NCBI GenBank assembly: GCA_030018415.1
Contig: JASEGC010000004.1
Span: 10,470 to 74,469, forward strand
Reading direction: 5' to 3'
DNA length: 64,000 bases
Source of the DNA: Candidatus Aenigmatarchaeota archaeon
GTDB lineage: Archaea > Aenigmatarchaeota > Aenigmatarchaeia > CG10238-14
Below are positions 49,268 through 60,556 of this stretch, one piece after another. The position numbers were made by a program, and so were the translations under genes. Position 1 is the first letter of the stretch; every line of letters begins with the position of its first letter. Under the pieces are notes generated by a model, which was given only the letters and a program-made list of their open reading frames with translations, was not told where the DNA came from and ran no database searches.

Positions 49268-49984
49268 ATGTTAATAGCAGCAGTAAGTGACATTCATTCT
49301 CCTCGATTCTTTGATCAGTATGTAAAGGCAGTTGAGGACTTGCAAGAAAAGCCAGATCTGTTCCTCTTGTCGGGAGATATAATCTATCATGGAAGAGTTG
49401 AAGAATACCAAAAAGCCTACAATGTCTTGTTCGGTAAGATAACTTGTCCAATAATAGCTTGTTTCGGCAATGAGGAGCATGGACAGGAAACAAAGATGCT
49501 GATAGAGAATCAAAATCCCGACATAAAATTCTTGGATGATGAGAGTTTAGTCCTTGAAATTGGTAGCAAATCTGTTGGTATTGTCGGTAGTATTGGAAGC
49601 TTGGATAGGCCAACTTTCTGGCAGAGAAACAACATTCCTGGAATCTACGAAATTTACAAGAATAGAGTTGAAACAGTGGAAAAATTGTTGGCAGATTTAA
49701 AGACAGATATGAAAATTCTGTTGATTCATTATGCTCCAACTTATAAGATAATGGAAGGAGAAAACCCACAGGCATATCCAGAATTAGGCTCTAGAGCTTA
49801 TGAGAGAGTTATCATCGAACAGAAACCTAACCTAGTCATAACTGGACATTCTCACAAAGGAAGGAAAGAGGCTTGGGTAGATACTGTTCCTGTGTTTAAC
49901 GTGGCTTTTCCGTTGAACAGACAGATTGTTGTTATAGATACTGAGAAAGACTTGAAGCCTGGTTTAGAGAAGTTTCTAGAATAG
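49268..49984 (+). CDS. Metallophosphoesterase
   Basis: SDIH, GD, GNEE, HYAP, GHSH. Confidence 0.88.
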   Translation: MLIAAVSDIHSPRFFDQYVKAVEDLQEKPDLFLLSGDIIYHGRVEEYQKAYNVLFGKITCPIIACFGNEEHGQETKMLIENQNPDIKFLDDESLVLEIGSKSVGIVGSIGSLDRPTFWQRNNIPGIYEIYKNRVETVEKLLADLKTDMKILLIHYAPTYKIMEGENPQAYPELGSRAYERVIIEQKPNLVITGHSHKGRKEAWVDTVPVFNVAFPLNRQIVVIDTEKDLKPGLEKFLE

Positions 49985-50023
49985 TTTAAATCTTTAACTT
50001 TCGAACTATTCTATCTGATAAAA

Positions 50024-50452
50024 ATGCAGTCAGTGTCTTCAGATCCTGTAGGATACAGAATGAGAGTGTACACTATTTTAGATGGAATCGATATTGTAAT
50101 AGAGGTATGGCGTAAACTTGTACGTGAGGGTTCTTCTTCTCCCTATTATGTGGGAAGATGTCCAGTCATGCCAGGAGGACCTCCTTGGTATCCTGCTGTT
50201 TTCAAATTAACTGATAACTATAAAGAATCAAATCGAAATTTTTCGAATAAATTTATGGCGATACTTCATCAGGAAGGCTTGCCTTGTAAAAAAGTAGGGA
50301 TAGACATTTTACTACATAATTTACGAATGGATCATAAATATCTCCCCATGAAACCTTGGGATAACGAGAAAGAAGGAAATCAAAAACTCGACGAATTTGC
50401 TGATAAATTAGCACAAATGCTTATTTCTAATGAAGAATTGTCCGTGGATTAA
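50024..50452 (+). CDS. Hypothetical protein
   Basis: 142-aa ORF, no recognised motif. Confidence 0.5.
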   Translation: MQSVSSDPVGYRMRVYTILDGIDIVIEVWRKLVREGSSSPYYVGRCPVMPGGPPWYPAVFKLTDNYKESNRNFSNKFMAILHQEGLPCKKVGIDILLHNLRMDHKYLPMKPWDNEKEGNQKLDEFADKLAQMLISNEELSVD

Positions 50453-50588
50453 TAAGGAAAGTGTACCATGATTGTTTTATACCTCGTGAAGAGACGACTC
50501 TTCATTTATAATTACAAGTATCATACATGTAGAACAAGTTCATATTTTTAAGTCTTAATTTCCTATTCTATTAATTGTTTAAGGTGGT

Positions 50589-52925
50589 TTGGTGAAGTTT
50601 AAACCAAAGATCAAGGAAAAGAGATGGAATCCCGAACTAGAAAAGAAGATAAGAAATATGTGGGATAAAGAAAAAATTTACGCTTTCAACAGAAACACTA
50701 AGAAAAAAATCTTCTCGATCGATACCCCACCCCCATACGTCTCGGGAAGGCCTTGGCATATAGGTGCAGCAGCACACTATTCTCAAATAGATATGGTGGC
50801 AAGAACAGCGAGAATGATGGGTTTTGAAGTCTTTTTCCCCATAGGTATAGACAGGAACGGATTGCCAGTTGAATTGTACACAGAGAGGAAGTATAGAATC
50901 AGTTTGCATGAGACTCCAAGAGAAAAATTCATGGAATTGTGTACTTATGCTCTCGATGATTTAGAGGCAGAGATGATACAGATAATGGAAATGATGGGAA
51001 TGAGTGGTGATTTTGATGATTATTACAGAACAGATTCAGAAGAATACAGAGCATTGACACAAGCGACCTTTATCGAATTATGGAATATGAGCTTGATTTA
51101 TGAGGCAACTAGACCGAACAATTATTGCATAGATTGTGGGACGACGATAGCAGATGCTGAAATCGAATATAAAGAATTACCGAGTGAATTAATCTACATC
51201 AAATTCAAACACAAAGAAACTGGTGAGAATTTAATTATTGCAACAACAAGACCTGAACTACTTTGTTCTTGTGCTTGTGTTCTATTTAACCCAGACGACA
51301 AAAGATATAAACACCTTGAGGGCAGCCATACAATCATCCCTTTTTATGACTTGGAAGTTCCTATTCTTCCCCATCCCTACGCAAAAGAAGAGTTTGGAAC
51401 TGGTTTAATGATGGTCTGCTCTTATGGAGATTATTCCGATGTCAGATTGTTCAGGGAGTTAAAGTTGAAGGAGATTATCGCAATAACCCCAGACGGTAAG
51501 ATGGGTAGGAATGCAGGTAAGTATGCTGGACTATCAATCGAAGAAGCTAGAAAAAGAATAATCAAAGATTTAGAAAAAGTGGGGTTAATAGAGAAAAGAG
51601 AAAAAACAATGCATAGAACTCCGATTTGTCCTAGGAGTGAGACCCCGATAGAGATCGTCCCGATGAAAGAATACTACTTAAAACAACTCGATTTTATCGA
51701 TGACTTAAAGAATATTGCAAAGAAGATGAAATTCTTCCCTGAAAGGCATAGGCAGATTCTACTCGACTGGATTAATTCTTTGAGCATCGACTGGCCGATA
51801 TCTAGAAGAAGATATTATGGGACAGAGATACCGATTTGGTATTGCAAGAACTGTGGGAAGGCTTGTTTACCTAAGCCTGGAAAATACTATCGGTCTTGGA
51901 AAGAAAATTCACCATTCAAACGATGTTCTCACTGTAACTCTGATAAAGGTTTTGAGGGAGAAGAAAGAACATTCGATACTTGGATGGATTCCAGCATTTC
52001 GCCTCTATTCATCTCAAAATATAAGGAAGACGATGATTTCTTCAATAAGACCTTTCCGTCTAGCATAAGACCCCAAGCCAAGGATATAATCAGAACTTGG
52101 TTGCATTACACTATCCTAAGATGTTATCAGCTGACGAAGAAGCCGGCATTTGAAAGAGTATGGATTATGGGCTATGGAGTTGATGAGAAAGGAGAGAGGA
52201 TGAGTAAGTCGAAAGGAAATGTTGTTGATCCTTTACCAATTCTAGAGAAATACGGCGGTGATATATTTAGATTCTGGAATGCTGCTGAAGCCAGTTTAGG
52301 CTCAGACTTCAGGTATTCCGATGATCGAATAAAGGGTTCAGCGAAATTCTTGACTAAACTTTGGAATATTTCTCGATTTATTTCGATGTTCCCAGAACCA
52401 AAAAAGGCAGAATTAACAGCAACAGACAAGTGGGTACTCTCAGAACTTAACGAATTGATTAAAGAATGCATGAAAGGTTACGATAATTTTGATTTCTTCA
52501 TTCCTTCGAATGCAATAAGGGACTTCACTTGGAATCTGTTTGCTTCACATTACATAGAAATGATAAAATCGAGGGCATATGGAGAAGGTTTCAGTGAAAA
52601 AGAACAGAAGGCTGCTTGGTATACTCTACATCTTGTTTTAAAGAATTTACTCAGGTTATTTGCGCCTATCGCTCCCTACATTACAGACTATGTTTGGAGA
52701 GAGTTATATGGAAAGAAGAGCATACACTTAGAGCTATTGCCTAAGTCTGAGTGGGGATTTGGACTAGAAAAGTTGACAGGGCAGATAACAGAATTCAACA
52801 TGAAGATTTGGAAAATGAAGAAGGATAGAGGGTTAAGCTTAAAGGCTGAGATTGAAATTAAAATACCGAAAGAATTGAGACAATTCGAGAGGGATCTAGT
52901 GAAGATGCATAATATTAGGACTTAA
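50589..52925 (+). CDS. valS: Valine--tRNA ligase
   Basis: DTPPPY...HIG, ATTRPE, DWPISRRR, DTWMDSS, RMSKS. Confidence 0.96.
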   Translation: MVKFKPKIKEKRWNPELEKKIRNMWDKEKIYAFNRNTKKKIFSIDTPPPYVSGRPWHIGAAAHYSQIDMVARTARMMGFEVFFPIGIDRNGLPVELYTERKYRISLHETPREKFMELCTYALDDLEAEMIQIMEMMGMSGDFDDYYRTDSEEYRALTQATFIELWNMSLIYEATRPNNYCIDCGTTIADAEIEYKELPSELIYIKFKHKETGENLIIATTRPELLCSCACVLFNPDDKRYKHLEGSHTIIPFYDLEVPILPHPYAKEEFGTGLMMVCSYGDYSDVRLFRELKLKEIIAITPDGKMGRNAGKYAGLSIEEARKRIIKDLEKVGLIEKREKTMHRTPICPRSETPIEIVPMKEYYLKQLDFIDDLKNIAKKMKFFPERHRQILLDWINSLSIDWPISRRRYYGTEIPIWYCKNCGKACLPKPGKYYRSWKENSPFKRCSHCNSDKGFEGEERTFDTWMDSSISPLFISKYKEDDDFFNKTFPSSIRPQAKDIIRTWLHYTILRCYQLTKKPAFERVWIMGYGVDEKGERMSKSKGNVVDPLPILEKYGGDIFRFWNAAEASLGSDFRYSDDRIKGSAKFLTKLWNISRFISMFPEPKKAELTATDKWVLSELNELIKECMKGYDNFDFFIPSNAIRDFTWNLFASHYIEMIKSRAYGEGFSEKEQKAAWYTLHLVLKNLLRLFAPIAPYITDYVWRELYGKKSIHLELLPKSEWGFGLEKLTGQITEFNMKIWKMKKDRGLSLKAEIEIKIPKELRQFERDLVKMHNIRT

Positions 52926-52996
52926 ACATCAATAATTGATAGATTTCAAGATAATTTGGGCGAAACTTTATAATTTTCCCCTCCATAGTTTGTAGG

Positions 52997-53100
52997 ATGT
53001 ATGATCAAAAAGACGACGGATTTGGGAAAAGAAGTGGTAAATTGGGTATAATTGCGGATATTTTAGAAGTAGCATAGAGCAAGAAAAACTTATTTTATGG
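52997..53100 (+). pseudogene. Remnant of an archaeal winged-helix regulator
   Basis: KRSGKLGIIADILEVA* then KKTYFM; premature stop. Confidence 0.4.
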
Positions 53101-53202
53101 ATTTTGCTTGGTAATTCATGAAAATTTTTGAGATGATTAAAAAATCATTATTTTTCCTTAAATATAAAAACATTTAAAACTGTAACTTTATAGTGAAAAA
53201 GT

Positions 53203-54234
53203 ATGATTGGTATTGTGGGATATGGTGGATACATCCCGAGGTTCAGGATTAAAGTAGAAGAAATAGCATCTGTCTGGAATGCTGATGCTAAGGCTATTAA
53301 GAGTGGCCTGAACATAGAAGAAAAATCTGTTCCTTCGATGGATGAGGACACAGCGACGATAGCAGTAGAAGCTGCTTTAAACGCCTTAAAAATGGCTGAG
53401 ATTGATCCTAAAGAAATTGGCGCGATATACGTGGGTTCAGAATCACACCCTTACGCGGTCAAACCGACAGCCACGATAGTCGGGGAGGCGATAGGATGCG
53501 GGGCAGAATTCACTGCTGCAGACACAGAATTCGCCTGTAAAGCTGGAACAGCAGGGATACAGATGGTTATGGGACTGATAGAAGGTGGTTACATTAAGTT
53601 TGGTCTAGCGATAGGATCTGACACGGCTCAAAGCAAGCCTGGTGATGCTTTAGAATACACGGCATCAGCAGGTGGAGCAGCGTTCATACTCGGTAAGAAT
53701 AACGTAATAGGTGAGATAGAAGGAACCTTCTCTTTTTCGAGTGATACACCAGATTTCTGGAGAAGGGATGGGATTGAATACCCAAGCCATGGCGGTCGTT
53801 TCACTGGGATTCCTGCATATTTCAAGCACGTTGTTTCCGCAACACAAGGCTTGATGAAAAAACTCGGTTTAAAATCATCTGACTTTGATCATGTTGTTTT
53901 TCACATGCCCAACGGTAAGTTCCCGATAAATGCTGCGAAGATGTTGGGTTTTGACCTAGAAAAGTTGAAAGCAGGTTTTGTTGTTTCAAAGATAGGTAAC
54001 ACTTATTCTGCTTCATCCTTGCTTGGTTTAGCCGCGATTCTTGACGTCGCAAAGCCAGGTCAGAGGATACTGATCACATCCTACGGTTCTGGGGCTGGCA
54101 GTGATGCATTCAGCATAAAAGTCACTGATTTGGTGGAAGAAAAACGAAAAAAAACCAAGAAGATTCAGGATTACATCGACGATAAAGAATACGTCACTTA
54201 TGCCCATTACACGAGGTTGAGGAGAGGTATATGA
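53203..54234 (+). CDS. Hydroxymethylglutaryl-CoA synthase (archaeal)
   Basis: [41 protein letters not shown]. Confidence 0.96.
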   Translation: MIGIVGYGGYIPRFRIKVEEIASVWNADAKAIKSGLNIEEKSVPSMDEDTATIAVEAALNALKMAEIDPKEIGAIYVGSESHPYAVKPTATIVGEAIGCGAEFTAADTEFACKAGTAGIQMVMGLIEGGYIKFGLAIGSDTAQSKPGDALEYTASAGGAAFILGKNNVIGEIEGTFSFSSDTPDFWRRDGIEYPSHGGRFTGIPAYFKHVVSATQGLMKKLGLKSSDFDHVVFHMPNGKFPINAAKMLGFDLEKLKAGFVVSKIGNTYSASSLLGLAAILDVAKPGQRILITSYGSGAGSDAFSIKVTDLVEEKRKKTKKIQDYIDDKEYVTYAHYTRLRRGI

Positions 54235-55382
54235 AGGTTGCTGTCATAGGCATCGGTGTAACCAAATTCGGGGAACATTGGGACAAGAACTTGAGAGAAC
54301 TGGCGATAGAGGCTGGAGCAAAGGCAATAATGGATGCAAATATCAGGGGTAGTGACATAGATGCCATCTATCTAGGCAACATGTCCGCTGGAAGGTTTGT
54401 GGGACAGGAGCATGTCGCAGCCTTAGTTTCAGGAGAATTAGGTCTGTCCATTCCTGCTGTGAGAGTTGAAGGTGCTTGTGCTTCTGGTGGTATTGCCCTA
54501 AGAGAGGGTATTTTTTCCATATTGTCTGGCCAGAATGATATAGTCCTAGTAGGTGGGGCTGAGAAGATGACTGATTTGATGACTGATGGTGTCACAACTG
54601 CCTTAATGGGAGCGGCCGATCAGGAATGGGAGGCTTACTATGGCCTAACATTCCCAAGCCTGTATGCGATGATTGCAAGAAGGCACATGTTCGAATTCGG
54701 GACGACAAGAGAACAGATGGCTAAGGTTGCCGTGAAAAACCATCATAACGGTTCTCTTAATCCTATAGCTCAGTTCAACAAAGAGATAACTGTTGAAGAA
54801 GTCTTGAACTCAACCATGGTCGCTGATCCTTTAACACTCTTGGATTGTTCTCCGATAACTGACGGTGCAGCTGCTTTAATACTTTGCAAGGCTGAATTGG
54901 CGAAGAAGTATACTGATGATCCTGTGTATATAATAGGTTCTGGTCAGGCATCTGATACTCTTGCCCTGCATGACAGACGTTCTTTAACGACGTTAGACGC
55001 GACCGTGAAAGCAGCTCGAGAAGCTTATAAACAGGCTGGGATTACTGTTAAAGATATAGATGTGGCTGAAGTCCATGATTGTTTTACTATAGCTGAGATA
55101 GTGGCAACAGAGGATTTAGGTTTTTGTAAGAAGGGTGAAGGTGGTAAGCTAATAGATGAAGGAGCAACAGAATTGAACGGAAGGATACCGATAAACACTT
55201 CTGGAGGCTTGAAAGCTGTAGGACATCCTGTCGGTGCGACTGGTATCAAACAAGCCGTAGAAATTGTTTTGCAATTAAGAGGACAGGCTGAAAAAAGACA
55301 AGTTAAGGATGCTAACATCGGGTTAACGCACAACGTTGGAGGTTCTGGAGCAACTGCTGTAGTCCACATATTCTCAAGGTGA
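54231..55382 (+). CDS. Acetoacetyl-CoA thiolase (archaeal type)
   Basis: [27 protein letters not shown]. Confidence 0.95.
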   Translation: MKVAVIGIGVTKFGEHWDKNLRELAIEAGAKAIMDANIRGSDIDAIYLGNMSAGRFVGQEHVAALVSGELGLSIPAVRVEGACASGGIALREGIFSILSGQNDIVLVGGAEKMTDLMTDGVTTALMGAADQEWEAYYGLTFPSLYAMIARRHMFEFGTTREQMAKVAVKNHHNGSLNPIAQFNKEITVEEVLNSTMVADPLTLLDCSPITDGAAALILCKAELAKKYTDDPVYIIGSGQASDTLALHDRRSLTTLDATVKAAREAYKQAGITVKDIDVAEVHDCFTIAEIVATEDLGFCKKGEGGKLIDEGATELNGRIPINTSGGLKAVGHPVGATGIKQAVEIVLQLRGQAEKRQVKDANIGLTHNVGGSGATAVVHIFSR

Positions 55383-55386
55383 GATT

Positions 55387-55791
55387 ATGGGTCATGAATC
55401 TAGCGTTCCGTTGTTCTGGCGTTTGATTAAACCAAGGTATCAACTCATAGGAACTAAATGTACAAGTTGTGGTAATGTGTTCTATCCACCCAAATTTTTA
55501 TGTCCTGTCTGCAGAAAAGAAGGAAAGTTGGAAGAAATAAAGTTGAGGAAGACGGGAAAGATATTGACCTTTTCCATTATTCGTTCTGCCCCAGCGGGTT
55601 TTGAGAAAGAGACACCTTATCCTGTTGCGATAATAGAGTTGGATGATGGACCTAAGTTAACATCGCAAATAGTTGACTACAAAGAAGAAGATTTGAAGAT
55701 TGGAAGAAGGGTTGAGGCGTGCTTCAGAAGGATTTACACTGACGGGAAAGAAGGAATTATCAACTATGGTTTGAAGTTCAGGCCTGCATAA
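55387..55791 (+). CDS. DUF35 Zn-ribbon/OB-fold scaffold of the thiolase-HMGCS complex
   Basis: CTSC...CPVC, OB fold, YGLKFRP; operon context. Confidence 0.93.
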   Translation: MGHESSVPLFWRLIKPRYQLIGTKCTSCGNVFYPPKFLCPVCRKEGKLEEIKLRKTGKILTFSIIRSAPAGFEKETPYPVAIIELDDGPKLTSQIVDYKEEDLKIGRRVEACFRRIYTDGKEGIINYGLKFRPA

Positions 55792-55827
55792 ATAACCTTA
55801 AAACTTTTATGTTCGATATAACGATCG

Positions 55828-57048
55828 ATGAGATATAAGTGGAGAGAAGAATTAAAAACATTGAGAGCAAGTTTATTCTACTTTGAACGTTGCTCAGATG
55901 AACTGATTAAAACAGTTGATAACCAGTGGGATGCGATTGAATACATGATATCATGCGTTATTAACAGCAGACTTTTTTGTGCGGGAGGTGGTAGGACTGG
56001 AAAGTCTTTAAAAATACTACCGTATAGAATGAAGAATTTTTTGGGTTATGATGGTAGAACTCGACCATGTACCTACATGATAGGTGAAGACGAAAATATT
56101 CCCAGCCACAGGCATGATGATGTGGGAATCGTTGCCACTGGGTCTGCAACAACGTGGCAAGCAATTCAAGCAATGAAAACTTTAACTGCAAACAAAGTTA
56201 AAACATTCCTCTTAACTTATACTCCCCTCGAAGAAATAAGAGAAAGACAAAAAAAAGAACACATAGAATCTGTTTGGGATTATTTTAGTCAACAAGAAGA
56301 TTATAAGAAGCGTGTTATCTTCCTTCCTATGAGAGAAGCAAGCGAGAAGGATGATAAAAAGAGAGCAACACTTGCTCCTTTGGGTTCAAAATTCGAGATA
56401 AATACTGCTAATTTTTGTACTGGTATGACAGACTGCATTCAAGATTATCACTTGAGATGTGAGGGTTCAGACACAGTTCCACTGAAAACTATGTCATATA
56501 CTCTCAACTACTTTAAAAAGTACCTATCGAACCTTCTCATACCAGGTTGCTATAAGTATCAAGATGAAATCTTTGATTTCGTTAACGACATTATGGAGTC
56601 TAATCATATCAAGATAGTTGCATCAGGAGAAGCTGATATGGTCGGCAGCTGTTTCGTTACTAGACTTGTGCACTGCGGTTTTGACGGTTATCTTAAGAGT
56701 GTACACATGATAAGATCTACAGATTATGGACCTCCTGGTAGCTCTAACATAACATCAGATGACTTAGTCGTAGGACTATCGATAAGTGCAGAAAGTGCAC
56801 ATACACGTGCTATCATGAAGGAGGCCGTGAAAAAAAAAGCCAAAAAGATAGTTTTGATCACTTCCAACCCACATCCTGATTTAGAGGTTGACAAAGTCAT
56901 AATAATTCCTCCTACGTATGCTGGTTACAGAGGGGAGTTGGCTCATCTCGGTCTTTATGTTTTACTTGACGGAGTTATATCTCAAGTAGCTAAGAATAAG
57001 AATATTGACGAAAAAGATATGATAAGATTACACAGTCGATACAGTTAG
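55828..57048 (+). CDS. Tandem SIS-domain protein (divergent 6-phospho-3-hexuloisomerase-like)
   Basis: GGGRT...DDVGIVATGSATT...APLGSKFE; second repeat DDLVVGLSIS...VLITS; ends RLHS. Confidence 0.7.
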   Translation: MRYKWREELKTLRASLFYFERCSDELIKTVDNQWDAIEYMISCVINSRLFCAGGGRTGKSLKILPYRMKNFLGYDGRTRPCTYMIGEDENIPSHRHDDVGIVATGSATTWQAIQAMKTLTANKVKTFLLTYTPLEEIRERQKKEHIESVWDYFSQQEDYKKRVIFLPMREASEKDDKKRATLAPLGSKFEINTANFCTGMTDCIQDYHLRCEGSDTVPLKTMSYTLNYFKKYLSNLLIPGCYKYQDEIFDFVNDIMESNHIKIVASGEADMVGSCFVTRLVHCGFDGYLKSVHMIRSTDYGPPGSSNITSDDLVVGLSISAESAHTRAIMKEAVKKKAKKIVLITSNPHPDLEVDKVIIIPPTYAGYRGELAHLGLYVLLDGVISQVAKNKNIDEKDMIRLHSRYS

Positions 57049-57117
57049 CGGAAAAACTCTTTAATTTTTCCGACTTACTATTACAATATCTTCAGAATTA
57101 TTTTCATCAAACATTTC

Positions 57118-57867
57118 TTAGACTTTTAATCTGCTCATATGATAATCAGTTTTTCTATCCCAATAAGTTGGTAGTGTTAAACGGCATTTTTCTTCTAATG
57201 GGTAGTGTTCTCTGACACCATATGTCACAAAAAGTGATTCTTCGAGTAGTTTTGGACAATATTTCTTTAAACTTGACTTTAAACAATTTAATGCCTTTTC
57301 TTCCTCTGGCCACACTACTGACATAAAAAATGCTGGTTTGTTAAGACTATAACGGCTATAGTCCCTTTCTTCTAATGCATCTCCTTGGATTGTTCCTAAT
57401 TCAACGCCAGTTCTTTCAGTTATCAGCTTTTGAATATTTACCAATTCCTTAGAATATTCGACACCATAACTTCTTAGGCCGATTGAACTAGCAAAATATT
57501 GTATTCTACCATCACCAGCAAACAAATCCACAACTTCCGTTGCACCTAGGTCTCTTACTACTCTTGGTAATATCATTGCTGTTAGAATCCAAGCTGGCAT
57601 AAAAGGTTGGTCTTTATGCTTAAATCCTTCTGGCTGATTATAACTTACATTCAAGAATCTATGTCTCGAAAAATTAATACAATTATCATATTGTGGTTTT
57701 TTGACAACTGAATTTTCTCTCACAAATTTGATTATATAATCTACATCTTTCGGATGTATATCGAGTTCTGGGATAGACTCCATCGGAATGAGTTCCCCAC
57801 GAATAAGATTATTACTACAGAAATCTACAATATCTGAAACAAAACTTTGTGCATCTTCAATTTCCAT
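57118..57867 (-). CDS. Class I SAM-dependent methyltransferase-like protein
   Basis: VVDLFAGDGR, YGVEYS, IQGDA. Confidence 0.7.
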   Translation of the reverse strand: MEIEDAQSFVSDIVDFCSNNLIRGELIPMESIPELDIHPKDVDYIIKFVRENSVVKKPQYDNCINFSRHRFLNVSYNQPEGFKHKDQPFMPAWILTAMILPRVVRDLGATEVVDLFAGDGRIQYFASSIGLRSYGVEYSKELVNIQKLITERTGVELGTIQGDALEERDYSRYSLNKPAFFMSVVWPEEEKALNCLKSSLKKYCPKLLEESLFVTYGVREHYPLEEKCRLTLPTYWDRKTDYHMSRLKV

Positions 57868-57901
57868 ATTTAGAACAAGGATGAAGTTAATTATATAAAC
57901 T

Positions 57902-57988
57902 TTATCCTGTCCAAACTTTTGCTTCTCTCAACTGTTTCAAGTCATTCCAGTACATCTCACGTATATCCTGTATGTTGTAATTGACCAT
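57902..57988 (-). repeat. Displaced duplicate of the pheS 3' end (28 codons plus stop)
   Basis: MVNYNIQDIREMYWNDLKQLREAKVWTG* versus PheS MINYGIEDIRMLYWNDLDHLRKAKIWLK* (59078-58992); 17/28 identical. Confidence 0.88.
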
Positions 57989-57991
57989 TTT

Positions 57992-58960
57992 TTATTCTGG
58001 CAACATCCAACAAGAACTATCACTATTGAAATTGTAAAAAGACTTTTCTTTTATTAAAATCTTCAATCTACATAACACTCTGATATAAGTTGACGTTGTT
58101 CTTTTCTTAATTTTTAACCGTTTAGCTAAATCATTAGCGGTGAATTTTTTCATTCGTCTTGATACATTTATAACTCTTTTGATTTTCGATCTAGGAAATA
58201 ATTTAGCTATCTCATCTACTCCAACACGAAATGAATTGATGTTACTTTTTTTCAACAATTTTAGACAAATCTTTGTTCTAAACCATTTATCACTTCCACT
58301 TTCAAAGTATTTCAGCTATTTTTTATTTTCACCTATGCCTTTAACACTGTAAAATTCTCCCTTCTTTTTGATACACACATTGAGATTGTCTCTCTTTAGA
58401 ATATCATAGATCGATTCTGCGAGTTTTTTACTTCTAACAAATAAATCTTGGGTAAAATCAATTCCTATTGATCCATCAGATGTCAAAACACCTGTAGCGA
58501 AGGCCCTTCTCATACTTTTAGATGAGTTTTTTATGATTCCTGGCTCTTCTCCAATGTGAGGTTTATTTCCATAAGGAATTCCGAAAATTTTTGTAAAAAC
58601 CTGTATGAGTTCCATTCCCCTGAATTTCTCTTAATTATCAAATTGCCATCAGCTAAGTGAGCTCCCATTATTTTAGCTAAAGGAATCGTTAATTCTTTGA
58701 CAGCTTTTGCTCTATTTCCACCGCCAATATTCGTCGATAAGTATTCAACATTTTCCATAATTTTTTGTTTAATTTTATCTAATTCTTCTTCATTCACATT
58801 ACATACATCTTTGTATGTGTCCAATATCTTAATAACGACTGGTATGGGTACAGGGATATCCCGTTAAATAGGTTATAAATGCATGAATTTAATCTACTGT
58901 ATGATTTATAATTCAGTAAACTAGCTAACGTATGAGTTGTGATGAACGTTGAAAAGAAAT
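57992..58960 (-). mobile_element. Decayed free-standing LAGLIDADG homing endonuclease gene with C-terminal HTH
   Basis: Motifs LAKIMGAHLADG and AFATGVLTSDGS, HTH FTANDLAKRLKIKKRTTSTYIRVL; three or more frameshifted pieces; no intein splice motifs seen. Confidence 0.8.
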
Positions 58961-58991
58961 AAGAATAATAGCGATCTAGAGTGAAAGAATC

Positions 58992-60515
58992 TTATTTTAG
59001 CCAGATTTTTGCTTTTCTGAGATGATCTAGGTCATTCCAGTAAAGCATACGAATATCTTCGATGCCATAGTTGATCATTACTAATCTCTCGAAACCAGGA
59101 CCCCATGCCAAGACAGGAATATCTTTTCCAAGTAGTGGTTTAACTACTTCTGGTCTGAACATGCCAGCACCACCTAATTCTACCCACTTTTTATGAGTAG
59201 GATGAAATACCTCTATCTCAGTCGACATTTCTGTGTATGGAAAGTAAGAGGGTCTAAATCTCGCTTTAGGGAAACCCAACTTCGTGAAAAATGTCTTCAA
59301 ATATCCTAATAAATGACGGAAAGTAACTTCTTCTCCAACAACAATACCATCAGTTTGATAGAATTCTGCTAAGTGTTGCCAATCTAAAGTCTCGTTTCTG
59401 AAACATCTACCGACAGAGAAATATTTTGCAGGTAAAGCTTCTTTATCAAGATCTTCTCTAAGTTTTGCCAGAGTTCGGGCTGATAATGACGTTGTATGCG
59501 TTCTCAAGATACACTCTTTTGATAATTCAGTATCCCATCTATACTGCCAGCCAGTGGAATTACAAGTCCACCCATACTCATGCGTGGCTTGAACTGCTTT
59601 CACTATTTCATCTCCTGGTAACTTTCCTTTTTCAGGTGTCTTCATGTAGAAAGTATCAGCCAAATCTCTTGCAGGATGATCGGCAGGTACATAAAGAGCA
59701 TCGAAATTCCAAAAAGAAATTTCTAAGATAGGACCAGTCATCTCTTTGAAGCCCATCTCGAGCCAGATTTGTCTTATGTATTCGATGACCTGAGTCATGT
59801 AGTGTTTCTTGCCTGGGTATACGTTCGCAGATGGTATAGAGATATCGTAAGGTCTCATAGGTTTTTTTCTCCACTCTTTAGAGATGATCATCTCAGGAGT
59901 CAACTGTCCGATTTCTTCTTTTATCTTAACTTTTGGTGAAATCTTCTTTCCTAAATCTGTCAAGGAGATGAATTTCTTACTTTCGATTCTTTTCTTTATC
60001 AAACCTCTCTTTTGAAGTTTGTTTAGAACATTTCCATCGAATTCATCAGAACGCTTCCTTCCAGATGCCAAGGCAGAGATGACCTTTTCTTCTGGTGTTT
60101 TTTTGGTCAAAACACTCTTTCCTTTACCTGTGATGTACAAGAATCCTTTTTTGATGTCAACCCAACCATTACTCTTAACCCAGACCAAACCGATAGAGAA
60201 TTTTTTCACTTTTTTTCTGAGATTCTCTATACTTCTCTCGCCTCTACTCACAAGAGTTATCAGATTTCTCTCTGGTAAACCATCTTTCAGGTATTCTAAT
60301 CCTTCTTTTGTCAGTTCAACGAACTCAGAGATATCTTCTTTTATGTTGACTGCGCCTTTAACTTTAGCCCAGAGCAAAGCCTTTTCTATCGCATCTTTAA
60401 CTAACCCAGTCTCTACTTCCAATTCTTGAACAGTAGCAGTCCCTTTATCCTCTAAAACCTTTATAATCCTCTTTTCATTCTCGTGTAATTTTTTAATTAT
60501 CTTTTCATCTGTCAT
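58992..60515 (-). CDS. pheS: Phenylalanine--tRNA ligase alpha subunit (archaeal long form)
   Basis: HPARDLADTF, LRTHTTS, FRNE...HLAEFYQ, YFPYTE, AWGPGFERL. Confidence 0.97.
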   Translation of the reverse strand: MTDEKIIKKLHENEKRIIKVLEDKGTATVQELEVETGLVKDAIEKALLWAKVKGAVNIKEDISEFVELTKEGLEYLKDGLPERNLITLVSRGERSIENLRKKVKKFSIGLVWVKSNGWVDIKKGFLYITGKGKSVLTKKTPEEKVISALASGRKRSDEFDGNVLNKLQKRGLIKKRIESKKFISLTDLGKKISPKVKIKEEIGQLTPEMIISKEWRKKPMRPYDISIPSANVYPGKKHYMTQVIEYIRQIWLEMGFKEMTGPILEISFWNFDALYVPADHPARDLADTFYMKTPEKGKLPGDEIVKAVQATHEYGWTCNSTGWQYRWDTELSKECILRTHTTSLSARTLAKLREDLDKEALPAKYFSVGRCFRNETLDWQHLAEFYQTDGIVVGEEVTFRHLLGYLKTFFTKLGFPKARFRPSYFPYTEMSTEIEVFHPTHKKWVELGGAGMFRPEVVKPLLGKDIPVLAWGPGFERLVMINYGIEDIRMLYWNDLDHLRKAKIWLK

Positions 60516-60556
60516 AAACTTTCTTGATCAAAATTAGAATTTGGAAATACAAAAAC

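Noticed and set aside
50487..50504. 7-bp inverted repeat TGAAGAG-ACGA-CTCTTCA upstream of valS
   Set aside because: Short single occurrence, compatible with chance; no larger leader structure seen
57992..58960. LAGLIDADG region as an intein or group I intron in pheS
   Set aside because: pheS is complete with its own stop before the element; no Cys/Ser...His-Asn splice motifs or ribozyme core are visible
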